Origin: the human T2T-CHM13v2.0 reference genome, Homo sapiens
DNA: 64,000 bases
Direction: 5' to 3' (one strand)
NCBI RefSeq assembly: GCF_009914755.1
Contig: NC_060930.1
The position numbers and the translations under genes are program-made. Under the pieces are notes generated by a model that had not been told where the DNA came from, did not search any database, and worked only from the letters and a program-made list of their open reading frames with translations. This document shows positions 29,298-42,194 of this stretch, piece after piece (the stretch's first letter is position 1; every line of letters starts with the position of its first letter).

Positions 29298-30944
29298 GTC
29301 CCATTCTGAACCTTTACTAAAAGAATCCCTCCCCTACTCATTTGCCAGATAAAGAGAGGTGAAATTAGACTAGACAAAACTGAATTAGGATGTTTTAAGC
29401 TGCAGACCCAAATACAGAAATGAAATGAAGGACTAAATGCAAGGAGAGTAAGTAAAAGTCCGTCTGTTGAGCCGAAAGGTTCTCAGGCTACCCCACTGCC
29501 CAGGGGATTGGAAGATTCTACTCTGAAGAAACTAAATATTTCCCAAGAAAACACTATATCGTACTTCATGTAAAGATTTTTCAGTAAAATATTAAAATAT
29601 CTGTAATGTATTTTTAAAATTAAGTAACTTATTAAGTTCTTTTAGTAGGTACCTGAGATGATTTGCTAAGTATTCCTTTTCTAAAAACTGCCTCTTCCAC
29701 TATCAACCTGATTTATATGGAAGTGCTTCTTTCAATACGGTGTAACCCTGTCCCCTGGTCCAACTTGATTTAGGGTTTGTGCCCAATTCATGTTGAATCC
29801 CTTTCTAGGATATCTTAACTCACCCCTAAGGAAAGCTTGAGGTCATTCTCTTCTCAGTGCCTTCAAAATAATGAGGTGTCAAATATGGAAATCATTGGCA
29901 ACCGCATTTGCTACCGGTATGTGGATAAATTCGTCTTGCAATGAAAGAGGATAAAGTTCAACAATGAAGAGGAATGGTAGCACATGAGAACTTGGTATAA
30001 AATGTGCCATTCTACCAACACTCCCTATAACCTAATTATTTCATCGGTAAAATGAAGGAATTGAATGCTTGTTTTCAGTCCTGGCTTGGCTTTGGGGTCA
30101 CCTGGAGAGGTTTTTGCCTTCGTTTGTTTTTTTTTAAAGCCCAGATCTCACTTTTCATACCTTTTCATTTCCAAGTACCAAATTCTATGATCCTATGATT
30201 CAACTTGAAAAGTTATTTAATATATTAGTCTAACCTGAGAGATGTTATGGAGATAAAGATTTAAGAAAAATTGAATGAATTGAAATTATATCATAGAATC
30301 TATATGCATATATCTCATTTATCCATATTCCAAAAGATGCTAGTCAATTAAATATTAGATTTGTTATTGTCACTATTTATCACAATGACAAGAAAGGAAT
30401 AGAAGTATCTGAGGCAAGAGAAGAGTATAAATAATACCAATGTAGAAACAAAAGCTTTTGTAGTATTTGAGGAAAATCTTGCCGTACAAAGGCAAGAGCT
30501 TTTTAAAGACAATAATATTAAATTCAGTCATCTACAAAGAATTCAAGAATTGTTTTCAAATGTCTATTTTATCTTAGAGAACAGCTAAAAAACAAAGATA
30601 AGTAGCTGTTCCAGCAGGGCCTTCCAGACCTCTGGCCTCGTATAGATACCCTGAAAATTCAACAAACCAGAGGTCACAGACTTCTTTCCTCCCTCCCAAG
30701 GAAAGAAACAGAAGAAACATGTCCATTTCTCATTTTCATCCAAGTCTTAACATCATCTAAAACTTTTATTTTCCAATTTTTTATTATTTTTATAGATTGA
30801 GTCAATTAAACATTCAGAGCATCTACACTAGACAAAACACAATGCCAGTTCTAAAAGAAAAGAAAAATAAATACAAATTCTGCCTTACTCTAAATTTACG
30901 GGTAAAACATGTCTACACATAAAAAGTATGGACACCACAAATAA

Positions 30945-31055
30945 ATATACACACATTGATATAATATATACACAGACATATATATATATATATATATAGC
31001 TCACCTGATATACAAATGTGTGTGTATATAATCTTTATGGCTCACCTGATACATA

Positions 31056-31108
<53 letters not shown>

Positions 31109-31120
31109 TGAGCTATAAAG
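30945..31120. repeat. Compound (TA)n/(CT)n/(CA)n microsatellite with short direct and inverted unique repeats
   Basis: Read directly; detailed in findings. Confidence 0.9.
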
Positions 31121-31134
31121 GTAATAAGATCATA

Positions 31135-31345
31135 TAATAGAGCCATTACACAGTGAAGAGCAAAAGTCCAGATTTGAAATCCAGGATATTCACTTTATAA
31201 CAGGTTATTTAGTCTCAACTTCCCTATTTTCAAAATGTGAATCATGATATTCATTTCAAAAAGCAGTTGCAAAAATTAAACAGGTGTATATGCAATATGA
31301 ATATCATAAAATCTAGAATACAGAAACCACTAAAAAGATGAGTTG
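31135..31345 (+). mobile_element. MIR fragment
   Basis: gatttgaaatccagg...caggttatttagtctcaacttccctattttcaaaatg core. Confidence 0.6.
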
Positions 31346-31881
31346 TCTTAGTCAAGACTCTTTTGATGGCAAGTTTTTAAAAAAAAGTTCAACTATTTTA
31401 AATATCTTTCTCAAGGAAATTTTTTAAGGAAAGTTTAATTGGGCATCAAGAAGCACAGAAACCAATAATAAGCCGCTGGAACTCTAAGTAACTATTCTCA
31501 CAATTGTTTCTCTTTTTCTTTTTCTCTCTGGCCATGTAGCCACAGCACATGTCAACACACACTTTGAAATCTGCAGAAAACTCATAACCACCCATCAAGA
31601 TCCAGTTTAAATATAATTTGTCCTGCAAAGTGTTTACAAATTCTGCAGAGTAGAATTAATCCCTTCCTCTTTGTGGTCCCATACATACGTACATACTGGT
31701 ACATGCTCTGTTAAGGTCTATCCTCTTTGAGAGCGATAAGAGTGAGATCCCCAGAACCCATGACTACAGGGACTATCAGAGTCAGCATGGTCTTCCCTAC
31801 AAATGGTTTTCAAACTGCTGCCTCTTCTATTTCTTAAAGTTCATGGTTTTCCTTTTTTGGTTTCTAAAAATTATGTGCAGA

Positions 31882-32735
31882 TGTTCTGGTTGTCTATCAC
31901 TATGTAACAAATAACTCCAAGACTTAGTAGCTCAAAACAACAATTGTTGTATTCCCAATCACAATTTCTGTGGATCAGGAACTCAAGAAGATATTGAATA
32001 CGAGGTTCTAACTCGGGTGTCTCACGTGGCTGCAGTCAAATGTTGGCTGGAGCAGGACCAGGTGACTGACCAAGGATCTTTTTTCTAAACATTGTCCCAG
32101 AGCTTGTCCATGAGATCTCCACATGGGATAGTTTGGGCTTCTTTATTGCATGGTCTTCCCAGGACAACTGAATTGCTTGTAAGGCAGGTTAGGGTTCTAG
32201 TGTTATTGCTACATAACTAACTACCCCAAGTGGCTTAAAACAACAAAAAATATTTATTTGCTTATGAATGCTTTCAAATTTCATGGTCTGAAATTTGAGC
32301 AGGACTAAGCATAGTGTCACCTAGTCATTTAATTAGAAATTGGAGAGTTCACTTTTAAGATGTCTTGCTCATGTGGCTGACACATTAGTACAGTTTATTG
32401 GCTGAAAACACAACTAAGACTGTGGAACCGGGATCTCAGAGTAAACCTTTTAATACATTTTTGGGGCTTCTTTAAAGTATGATGTTTGGATTCCAAGGGT
32501 GAGTATCCCATAAGAGCAAGGGAATTTTGTGGCATTTTCAAATCTAGTTTCAGAAATCACATAGCATCACCAATGCCACATTCCATTGGTTATAAAAAAA
32601 TGTTGCTAAATATGCCAAAATTCAAGGGAAAGGAATTAGACTCCACCTCTGGATGGAAGAGTGGCAAGGTTCTAAAAGAACGTGTGTAATGGGAAATCTT
32701 GTTGAGGACAGCTTTGGAAAACACAATTTTCCACA
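31882..32735 (-). mobile_element. Two adjacent MLT1 (F/G/H-like) LTR fragments (about 31882-32195 and 32200-32735)
   Basis: Two separate antisense LTR ends (gtaacaaataactccaagacttagtagctcaaaacaac; cataactaactaccccaagtggcttaaaacaac) and terminus ggaaaacacaattttccaca. Confidence 0.7.
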
Positions 32736-33062
32736 GCATATTCCTAAGAATTCCTAAGAACTGGAAAACCTGAAATCTTTGGGGTAGGATGTATTGTAGA
32801 ATTCAGAATTATTCAGCTATTAGATAGGTTACATGGTATATGTAATATTTATTATGTAAACTCCCCAGTAGATCTGGGAAGTAATTGTAATCAAACACAT
32901 TAATATTTTCCCAGTATGGTAGTCATTCTAAGTAAATAAACATTACGATGGGTGTCAGTTCAGATCACAATTTGCCACCAAATGAATTGGACACATATAT
33001 ACAAAAACAAAACATTTTCAGAATTTTTTGGGTTTTGGTTTCATAAATAAGTGATTGTATAA

Positions 33063-33497
<435 letters not shown>

Positions 33498-34628
33498 GGG
33501 TTTGCAATTTTTACATGTCAAGATGAAATAAAGGAGAATATTAATTTAACATTTCAAGATTTAACATCTCAAGATCGCCAAGATTTTAGGGTGGAAATCC
33601 AAAATCATGTTGGCAATGACAATGAAAACTGTCTTCTATCTAGAAATAAAAAAGAATATGAAGAAAAAACAATGGTGGTGTTAGAGAAAGGTAAGCCTCT
33701 TCCACTAACTATTAATTCAACATAAATATGGTTTAGAGGAATCTCAAGAGAAATTTGTTGTTGGCAGTGCTCAGAGATCATTGCTCCTGCATAACTTAAC
33801 CCCTTTAAAATGTTTAACATTTTAACATGGAAAATTTAATAACAATTAAATTTTTTGATAAAATTTCAGATTTTTCTCTATTGGCACTCTTTCTATGATG
33901 CTGTTTAACCTCGGCTTTAACTAGACATTGACTTTAACACCCAAACTTTCAGCATCTGACCAAAATGTGTATTTTGTTACCTCTTTAAACAGTTCAATAT
34001 ATAGAACTGTTACTCTTTCATTTAAAAAATATTTGACTACAAAAGCAAGATAAGAACAAATTAAACATTACTTCATCTTTGATATTCAATAATGTTCATT
34101 TTTCCAAAGACTTGTGTTACAGTACCCATTTTATAGTGTTACATATTTTTCAATCAACTTTTCTTTAGGTAATTAAGAAGATAAAAGAATGATTACATTT
34201 TAAAGATTAGAGAAATTTTGCATACTTAATCTCACCTCACTTTATACATGGGGCAACCAAAACACAGGGTAGCAAGTTGATTTGCCCAAGCAAGTTTTTA
34301 ATCAGTGTTGTGAAAATTTTCTTCACTTCAATTTTCTCCATAAACTCGTGTTTAAAAAAACAAATTAATCCTTCCACTATAAATGATACTAGAGGCTCTG
34401 TCCTTGACTTCCACTCATTTTCACAAACTAAGAAAAATGAATTATTTTTACAGTTTTTCCTCAGCAAAATATTTCTTAACCCCTTTTTGATCAAATATCA
34501 GTAATATGTATAGTTTTCCTGATATATAGGTGATTTCTCAGGTAATACAATTCACTATGTTTAATTTAGCTGTTACATTAAGAAATAAACAGCTGAATAA
34601 AATATTCACTGTTAAAAGTTTAAACTAT

Positions 34629-34956
<328 letters not shown>

Positions 34957-36099
34957 TTATTTTTTTTTTGGTCAAACATGAGTCCATAAAGGTTTGCCCA
35001 ACTACGATCTGACCTATAGATCAGTAAAGTCTGAATCACAAACTAAATTACAACTAAATAACTAAATAACAACATTTAGCATCAACAAAAAGCATGATGA
35101 ATGCTTTTTGGGTGGTGAACTACTTGACTTTCATTTTGATACAATGTACCTGCATTCAAAATTTATAATAATTCAATTTTCAGCATTTTTTTTCCAGAAA
35201 GACTTCTACATTCTATATTTTTCTATAAAATATAAACTGTAGTTATACATAGTCATGTATTCACCCCCCTAAACCTTATTTCCTCCTTTCCCCCAGTACA
35301 TTTCTCAGAAAGAGGAAAAAAAAAAAAAAAAACAGAGCTGATTTAACACTTTTAACATTAACCTCAGCTATGTCTGCAAGGATATAGAGTGGTGTGATTT
35401 TGTTTCGAGGTTTTTCTTTTTCCTATTGGAATGTGGAATGTTAATTTGTGCCTCCGTTTTGTCCAGACTTAAACACCCATTCCCTATTTTATATGTCTTG
35501 TAGGACCCACAGAGTCTGAGAATGTGACAGAAGAGCCCTTCCACGTCTGGGAATGCAACAAGGAACATATTATATCTATTTTTAAATCTTCAAAATTCCT
35601 GTAGTAGCTGAGAGCTGGAAATGCTACTTGGATTATCTCATTGTTGGACCTCACCTAACACCCAGTTTCCTTTCCCTCACATTGTGTACTTGGACTTTGC
35701 TCCTGCCATTTATGTGCTTCCTGCAATACCGTCATAGACCACCATCACCTCCACATTCATTCTCCAACCACTGCTACCACAATACTCTGACTAAATGATA
35801 ACCTGTGGCTGGAAAGAGTTAGGATACTTTTCTAAAGCCCAAACTAAATTCCACTCAACAAAGTAATTGAATGGTATCTTTGTGAGTTTGAATTGTTAAA
35901 TAAGGTCTAAATGATAGCATAGGAATGAAGATTAGCAGAAGTCAGTATGGCAGACAAACCAAGAGACTGGAGCTTCACACTTTGGAGAGACAATTTGAGT
36001 TTTTGTTCCACTAAATGACATTCATACACGAAAGACACCTGAAGATGTTACAACCACAACACCTCCAGATGTATTTCCAATGGACTCTTCCTTTGAGAT

Positions 36100-36950
36100 T
36101 CAGCTTAACTGAATATGTATTTACTGATTACCTTCCACACAAAAGGCTTTATGTTTACTGACTCTTCTGTAATAAGTACTGTGATAGGCAATAGGAAGAC
36201 AGAGATATCATGCATTCTCCTTCCTTAAATAAGTCACAGTGTAATAGGGATGACAGACAATACTAGGAAAAATGAGCTGTGCTAGAAATACAAGCAGAAA
36301 GAGCTGGGAACTCAGAAAAGGGACATCAATTCATCCTGAAGAGAAAAGTGATACTTTCGGGAGAGATATGTGTGGTGGATGGCAGTGGGTGAATGACAAA
36401 AGGGATTGGGACATAAGGTGATCTTAGGCAAGGAAACAAAACAGATAAAAGCACTGGACAAAGCATAGTACTTTCAGAAACCACAAATTGGTGTGCTGGG
36501 AGCTCATATGTAGGTGTGAGATGAGATAAGGCTGGGGAGATAATATCATGGAATAATACTATGAAGGTTTCTATATTATCAGTATAGAGAGTATGGATTT
36601 TATTTACCAACAATGAAGAGCCATTGAACCATTGAGCAGTTTAACCAGGGGACAGGAGAGAGTTACATTTAAAAAAATTCTGGAAGCAACAGAATGATGA
36701 GATAGATTTCTGAACTAAAGCAGTGGTCATGGAAATGAGAAGGAGGAATTTAAAAGGGATTTAGAGTTTCATCATTTGAGAAACAATAAAGGTGTACAAT
36801 GATCCTCATTTGTATATTTATCTTAATACTGGGCATTTGCAAAAAGAAATGAGTTAGAAAGAGAAATAAATGGTTTTGATGAGGTTGAGTTTGAGAAACA
36901 CAAGAAATATCCAGGAAAGAGCCCTCAAGCACTCATAGTCTGGGGAAGGT
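36100..36950. mobile_element. L2 fragment(s)
   Basis: Typical purine-rich L2 motifs (agccattgaa...ttaaccagggg, gtcatggaaatgagaagg, gaggttgagtttgaga). Confidence 0.65.
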
Positions 36951-36981
36951 GGTTACATGTGAACAAATAATAGAATGTGAG

Positions 36982-37323
36982 TGATGTGGTTTGGCTGTAT
37001 TCCCACCCAAATCTCAACTTGAATTGTATCTCCCAGTATTTCCACATGTTGTGGGAGGGACCCAGGGGAAGGTAATTGAATCATGGGGCCGGTCTTTCTC
37101 CTGCTATTCTTGTGATAGTGAATAAGTCTCATAACATCTGATGGGTTTCCACTTTTGCTTCTTCCTCATTTTCTCTTGCCCCTGCCATGTAAGAGGCACC
37201 TTTTGCCTCCCACCATGATTCTGAGGCCTCCTCAGCCATGTGGAACAGTAAGTCCAATTAAATCTCTTTTTCTTCCCAGTCTTGGGTATGTCTTTATCAG
37301 TAGCATAAAAACAGACTAATACA
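36982..37323 (+). mobile_element. THE1 (THE1C-like) solo LTR
   Basis: TG...CA ends (tgatgtggtttggctgt ... cagactaataca); 5-bp TSD GTGAG at 36977-36981 and 37324-37328. Confidence 0.93.
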
Positions 37324-37675
37324 GTGAGTACATAGTAAAGGCATAGACACTGGTTGTTTAGAATATAGTTCACCTTTCCTAAGAGACAGTCTTATAGAGG
37401 CAATGGCACAGAAAATCTCTCACAGGAGAGGTAATATGTAAGAAGAGTCTTGAAGATCCTTAAATGTGGAAAGGAAAAAGAAAAAAAAAAGTACTAAAGT
37501 ACAGGATCATAAAGTTCCATGTAGTGGGGCTCTGGATAGTTCAATAGTACTAGACCACAGAACAGACCAAAAAGAAGGAATGACTGAAGATTATATGAGG
37601 CTCAGTTTTTATGTTTGTTTGCTTATTTGGGGTTTTAAAACCCATCATTTTGGTTTTAAAAATGATTGGATTAAG

Positions 37676-37900
37676 CGAAGATTTCTCAACATCAACATTT
37701 TTGACCTTTGGGGTCAGATAATTCTTGTTGTGAAGACATGGGGCTGTCCTGTGTGCTAGAGGATGTTCCTCACCATCCCTGGCCTTTACTCATTAGACAC
37801 AAGTAACACACCTCCCCCTATCTGTGACAACCAAAAATGTCTCCAGACATTGAAAAATATCCCCCCTGGGGAAGGCAAGACAACTCAGTTGAGAACTACT
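37676..37900. mobile_element. MER20 hAT MITE
   Basis: ttctcaac...ttgacctttggggtcagataattcttgttgtg...tgtgacaaccaaaaatgtctccagacattg...gttgagaactact. Confidence 0.9.
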
Positions 37901-39729
37901 AGGTTAAGTTAGCCAAATTATTGGATTCCCAAGTCATATAAAGAAAATGGTAATTAAAAGGACAGAGTATCTGTTCCATTTTCTAGTCATCTCATATTTT
38001 TGCCCACTCATCAAAATTATGTTAATATTTGAATCAGGGATCACTGGAATCATAATTGTCTTATCTCTGAACAATACTTACCTTATATTTTGTCTCTCCC
38101 TTAATTATCACTACATAATTAAACTTTTCTCTATTTATGCCTTTTTTCTCTTTTTTACTTCTATCATTTTATTTCTATTACTTTTCCTTTTTCTTCCTAT
38201 GGCAAAGTTTACTTAACATTACTACAGTACCTTATAGTGTTCAGAGTTCTTTCACAAAGAGTTAGTCATGGTCAGTGGTTGTGAAGGAAGGAAGTTTGGA
38301 AGTTTATTATTCACTAAACCTGGAAATGAGAAAGAAATAAAGAAGGTAATGTCATAGTAGCTAAGGAAATACCCTATACCAGGAAACTGAAGGGAGGAAG
38401 GAGGGGAGCCTTATTAACAGACACATTCCTTTTTTCTCTCTCTTTCTTTTGAGAAGCTTTTTAAGCCAGCAGAAATAGAATGATTCATTTTTATATATAC
38501 TTGATATGCTGTAGATGTCTGTAATTATGTTAGCAGTGAAAATATAATGGAATGCATTGGAACAGGGCTAAGGCCTCCCAGGCTCAATATGCTACAAATC
38601 ATTTAACAAAACATAAATGCAGAGCAGTAATACAGCCAGGTCACCAGGTAAATAAGTTGCATCCCTATCTTCTCAAATTTTTTGACACATTTCAACCTAA
38701 GAACATCAGTATCCTTTCATCTAACAAATTGTTAGAAATGTTTTATTTCATGAAGAGACAAAGACCTTTTTGCCTTTCAAATACCTTATTTAGACACTGA
38801 GTAGTTAATGTTTTATTTAGAATGATTAATCATTCTGCAAGATTTATAAAATACTTATGAGAGGAAAAAAAAGACCTTTAAGTTGGAAAATTCCTCTCAA
38901 AGGAATTCTAAATGTCACAAAGAAAATACTGGGCCAGATTTTTTTTTTTAATTCTCTCTGCATCATAGTGTATAATTCACATCTGGGTTGCCACAAAGAG
39001 GCCGTAACTGTTTACGGATCATCATTATCAGAGACAGAAAAATATAACTGTAGTGAAGTGGGGCCCAGGGTAACTGAAATCGCAAGCAGATCTCCCTGAA
39101 GGAAGTCCTTGAATCTGGCCTCCCATCCAAGCCAAAGAAATGGAGCCAGACCATGAAAGCATTTTTGTGTGGATGCATAGCTCCCTCCTACAGAGGGCTG
39201 CCTCTATGAACAGTGACTTCGTAGTTGGTGCTTTCCCATCATTTTTGTCCCCTTCTAGTCTGTTTCTGGAACAATTTTACAAGGTTAGACAAGATAAATG
39301 TTTTTCTGTTAACCTCCTTGTGAGCTGTAAAAAGTATATTACAATCCTTTCACTGAAATGAAGGATTTATGGCTTCCTACTAGTAGTTTAGGTTTATGTT
39401 CTGAGCCTCAAGGCAAGATTTTAGAAACAGCTTCACTGCCCCCACAGCCTGTTCTTTCTATATATCCTCCTACTGGCCTTACTGAAAATCCAGTCCTGCC
39501 TAACAGAAAGTACTTCCAATTCTAGTGCCTAGGGAAAACATGGCCAGACTGAGAGGGTGCGAGAGACCTCTGTGGGAAGACGACATCCAAGAAGAAATAG
39601 CGCATTAATTTGTTGCCTTTTCATTTGAGCAAAAGCTCTGCTCAACTGCCACAGACAGTAAGATAAATCAATGTCAAGAATTCTGCCAGCAAAAAGGCAC
39701 TAGTATAGAGGTGTTAGGAACAAGAATAA

Positions 39730-40126
<397 letters not shown>

Positions 40127-40399
40127 TATTACTCTTATATGTATGGTTTGCATAATGGTATGATCCTGATAATCCCGCTATCTGTTAAGAACAAGCTAAA
40201 CAAGGTTTTTCTCTCACTAAATATGTTTCCTTGTAAGAAACAAAACAAAATCTTCTCAATGATCTTTCCATAAAATATCAAGAATCCAAAGAAAACTCTT
40301 CATTGACTCAGCACCCATTCCAATCAGACTAATGGAATGGGCGTCATCATTTCTTCTTCTTATGCAGAGAATCTCAGAACATTTTAAAGAATATCAGCA

Positions 40400-41220
40400 T
40401 TTCCTGGGAAAATAAAGTGTTAACAGAAAGTGCTTAACAAATTTGTGATGCAATTTTATTTGTATTTATAGACTACGATAGATTTTCTTTTAAATCTGGT
40501 GTTTATCCTTTCTCCTAGAACTATAATTTTATCCTATTTGTCAAACACCAGATGTTTAAAAACAAGTTACTTCTGCCAATAATATGTTTTTAAAAATTGT
40601 ATCTCATTGCAGTTCTAATTTGCTTTTTTGCAGTATTAGCAGTGAGATTGTGATTTTTAAAATATGTTTAAGACCCATTTCTTTTTCTCTCTGGTCATAT
40701 TCCTTGTGCATTTCATTGTTTGGGTTTTTCTTTTTCCTTTTGTCTTGATTTGGAAGAAGCGGTTATATCATATAGCAAGAAAGTTAACTATTTGTCTGTC
40801 TTATAAGTCTGAAACATTTTTGTTCTCGTATTTACTTGTTTCGATTTTTTATGGTATATTTGCCATACACAATTTTTTTAAGTGATTTGCAATTGAATTG
40901 CATACATTCTAATTGATAAACTGGATATATCAATCCTTTATTTTATAGTTTCCAGATATTATACCACACTCATAAATACTTTCCCATATTCCAATTATTT
41001 ATTTTAGTATTTTATAATTTTTCAAAAATTTAAATCTTGTATATATCTGCAATCTATTTTGGAGTGAGCCGCAACTTTTGAAGAAATCCAAATTTATGTT
41101 TTTCTAGATAACTACTCATTATGGCAAATCCTTCTTTTCTTCACCAATATGAAATGTCACTTTCACCATTTATGACAATTGCTGTGTGATTATTCAGTCA
41201 GGTTTCATGTTTCATGCTCT
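40400..41220 (-). mobile_element. Ancient L1ME-like fragments
   Basis: gtatctcattgcagttctaatttgc, ggtcatattccttgtgcattt, atctgcaatctattttgg. Confidence 0.6.
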
Positions 41221-41224
41221 AATA

Positions 41225-42130
41225 TTCTATTCATGTATTTGACAAACTTTCCTGAGTACTTACTATGCTCCAGGCACTGTTCTTCTGTTTCAGGTACTAG
41301 AGATACAGCAATATAAAAATACTTTTTTGAAAAAAAAATAAGTAAGAAGAACAAGGAGGAGGAAGGGAGAGAGAAAAGGTAAAAGAAACAAGCCCTCTTT
41401 CTCCACTGGGTTTAACATTCTAGTGGATAGAGATGATCAAATAAATAAGTAAAAATACATTAGATGGTGATAATTGCTACGAATGCAGAGCAAAGCAGAA
41501 AGCGGGGAGAGGGTGTTGGAGGTGTGGATATTTTAATGCGTTGGTTGGCAAAGGTTTCATTGACAAAGGAGCGGACACCTGAAAGAGGTGAGAGAGTAAG
41601 TTACTAGATCTCTTGGAGAAGAAAATGAACAGCAAGTGATTGTATGTTTAAGGGGCTGTAAGGAAAATAATGCAGCTGGAGTAGAGTGAGCAAGGGAACG
41701 TAGAAGAGAAGGACTTGAGAGGGACAGAAGAATTTGGAAGGTGCTGGGTCATGCAGTAAAATGTGATATTTTTGGAGAGTTTTGAGCAAAGAAGTTATAC
41801 GTTTTATGCATTGAAAGCATTAATATGATGAATATGTTAATAATTACACAGGATTAAAGTGCAGAAATTGGGCAACCAGATAGAAGATTAACAATAATAG
41901 TAGTTTAGATCTGGGTAGTAGGGATGAAGGTAGTAAGAAGTGGCAATAAAATGATGGATATATTTTGAAGGTAAAACCAATAGGATTGGTATTCTAGTGA
42001 ATGCTGGGTGCGATAAAAAGATAATTGTGAAAGACACACAATTTTTGATCAAATAATTTAACAAATGGAATTGCTATTAAGTAGATTGGGAATACTATGG
42101 AAGAAGCAGGCTTAGAGAAATATCAGAATT
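41225..42130. mobile_element. L2 (L2a-like) fragment including its terminus
   Basis: tattcatgtatttgacaaactttcctgagtacttactatgctccaggcactgttct and ggatatattttgaaggtaaaaccaataggatt. Confidence 0.8.
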
Positions 42131-42194
42131 GTTAAAACATCCTTGTATATCTCACATCTGCACCACACATGGGCAAATTAAAATGTTACAAGCT

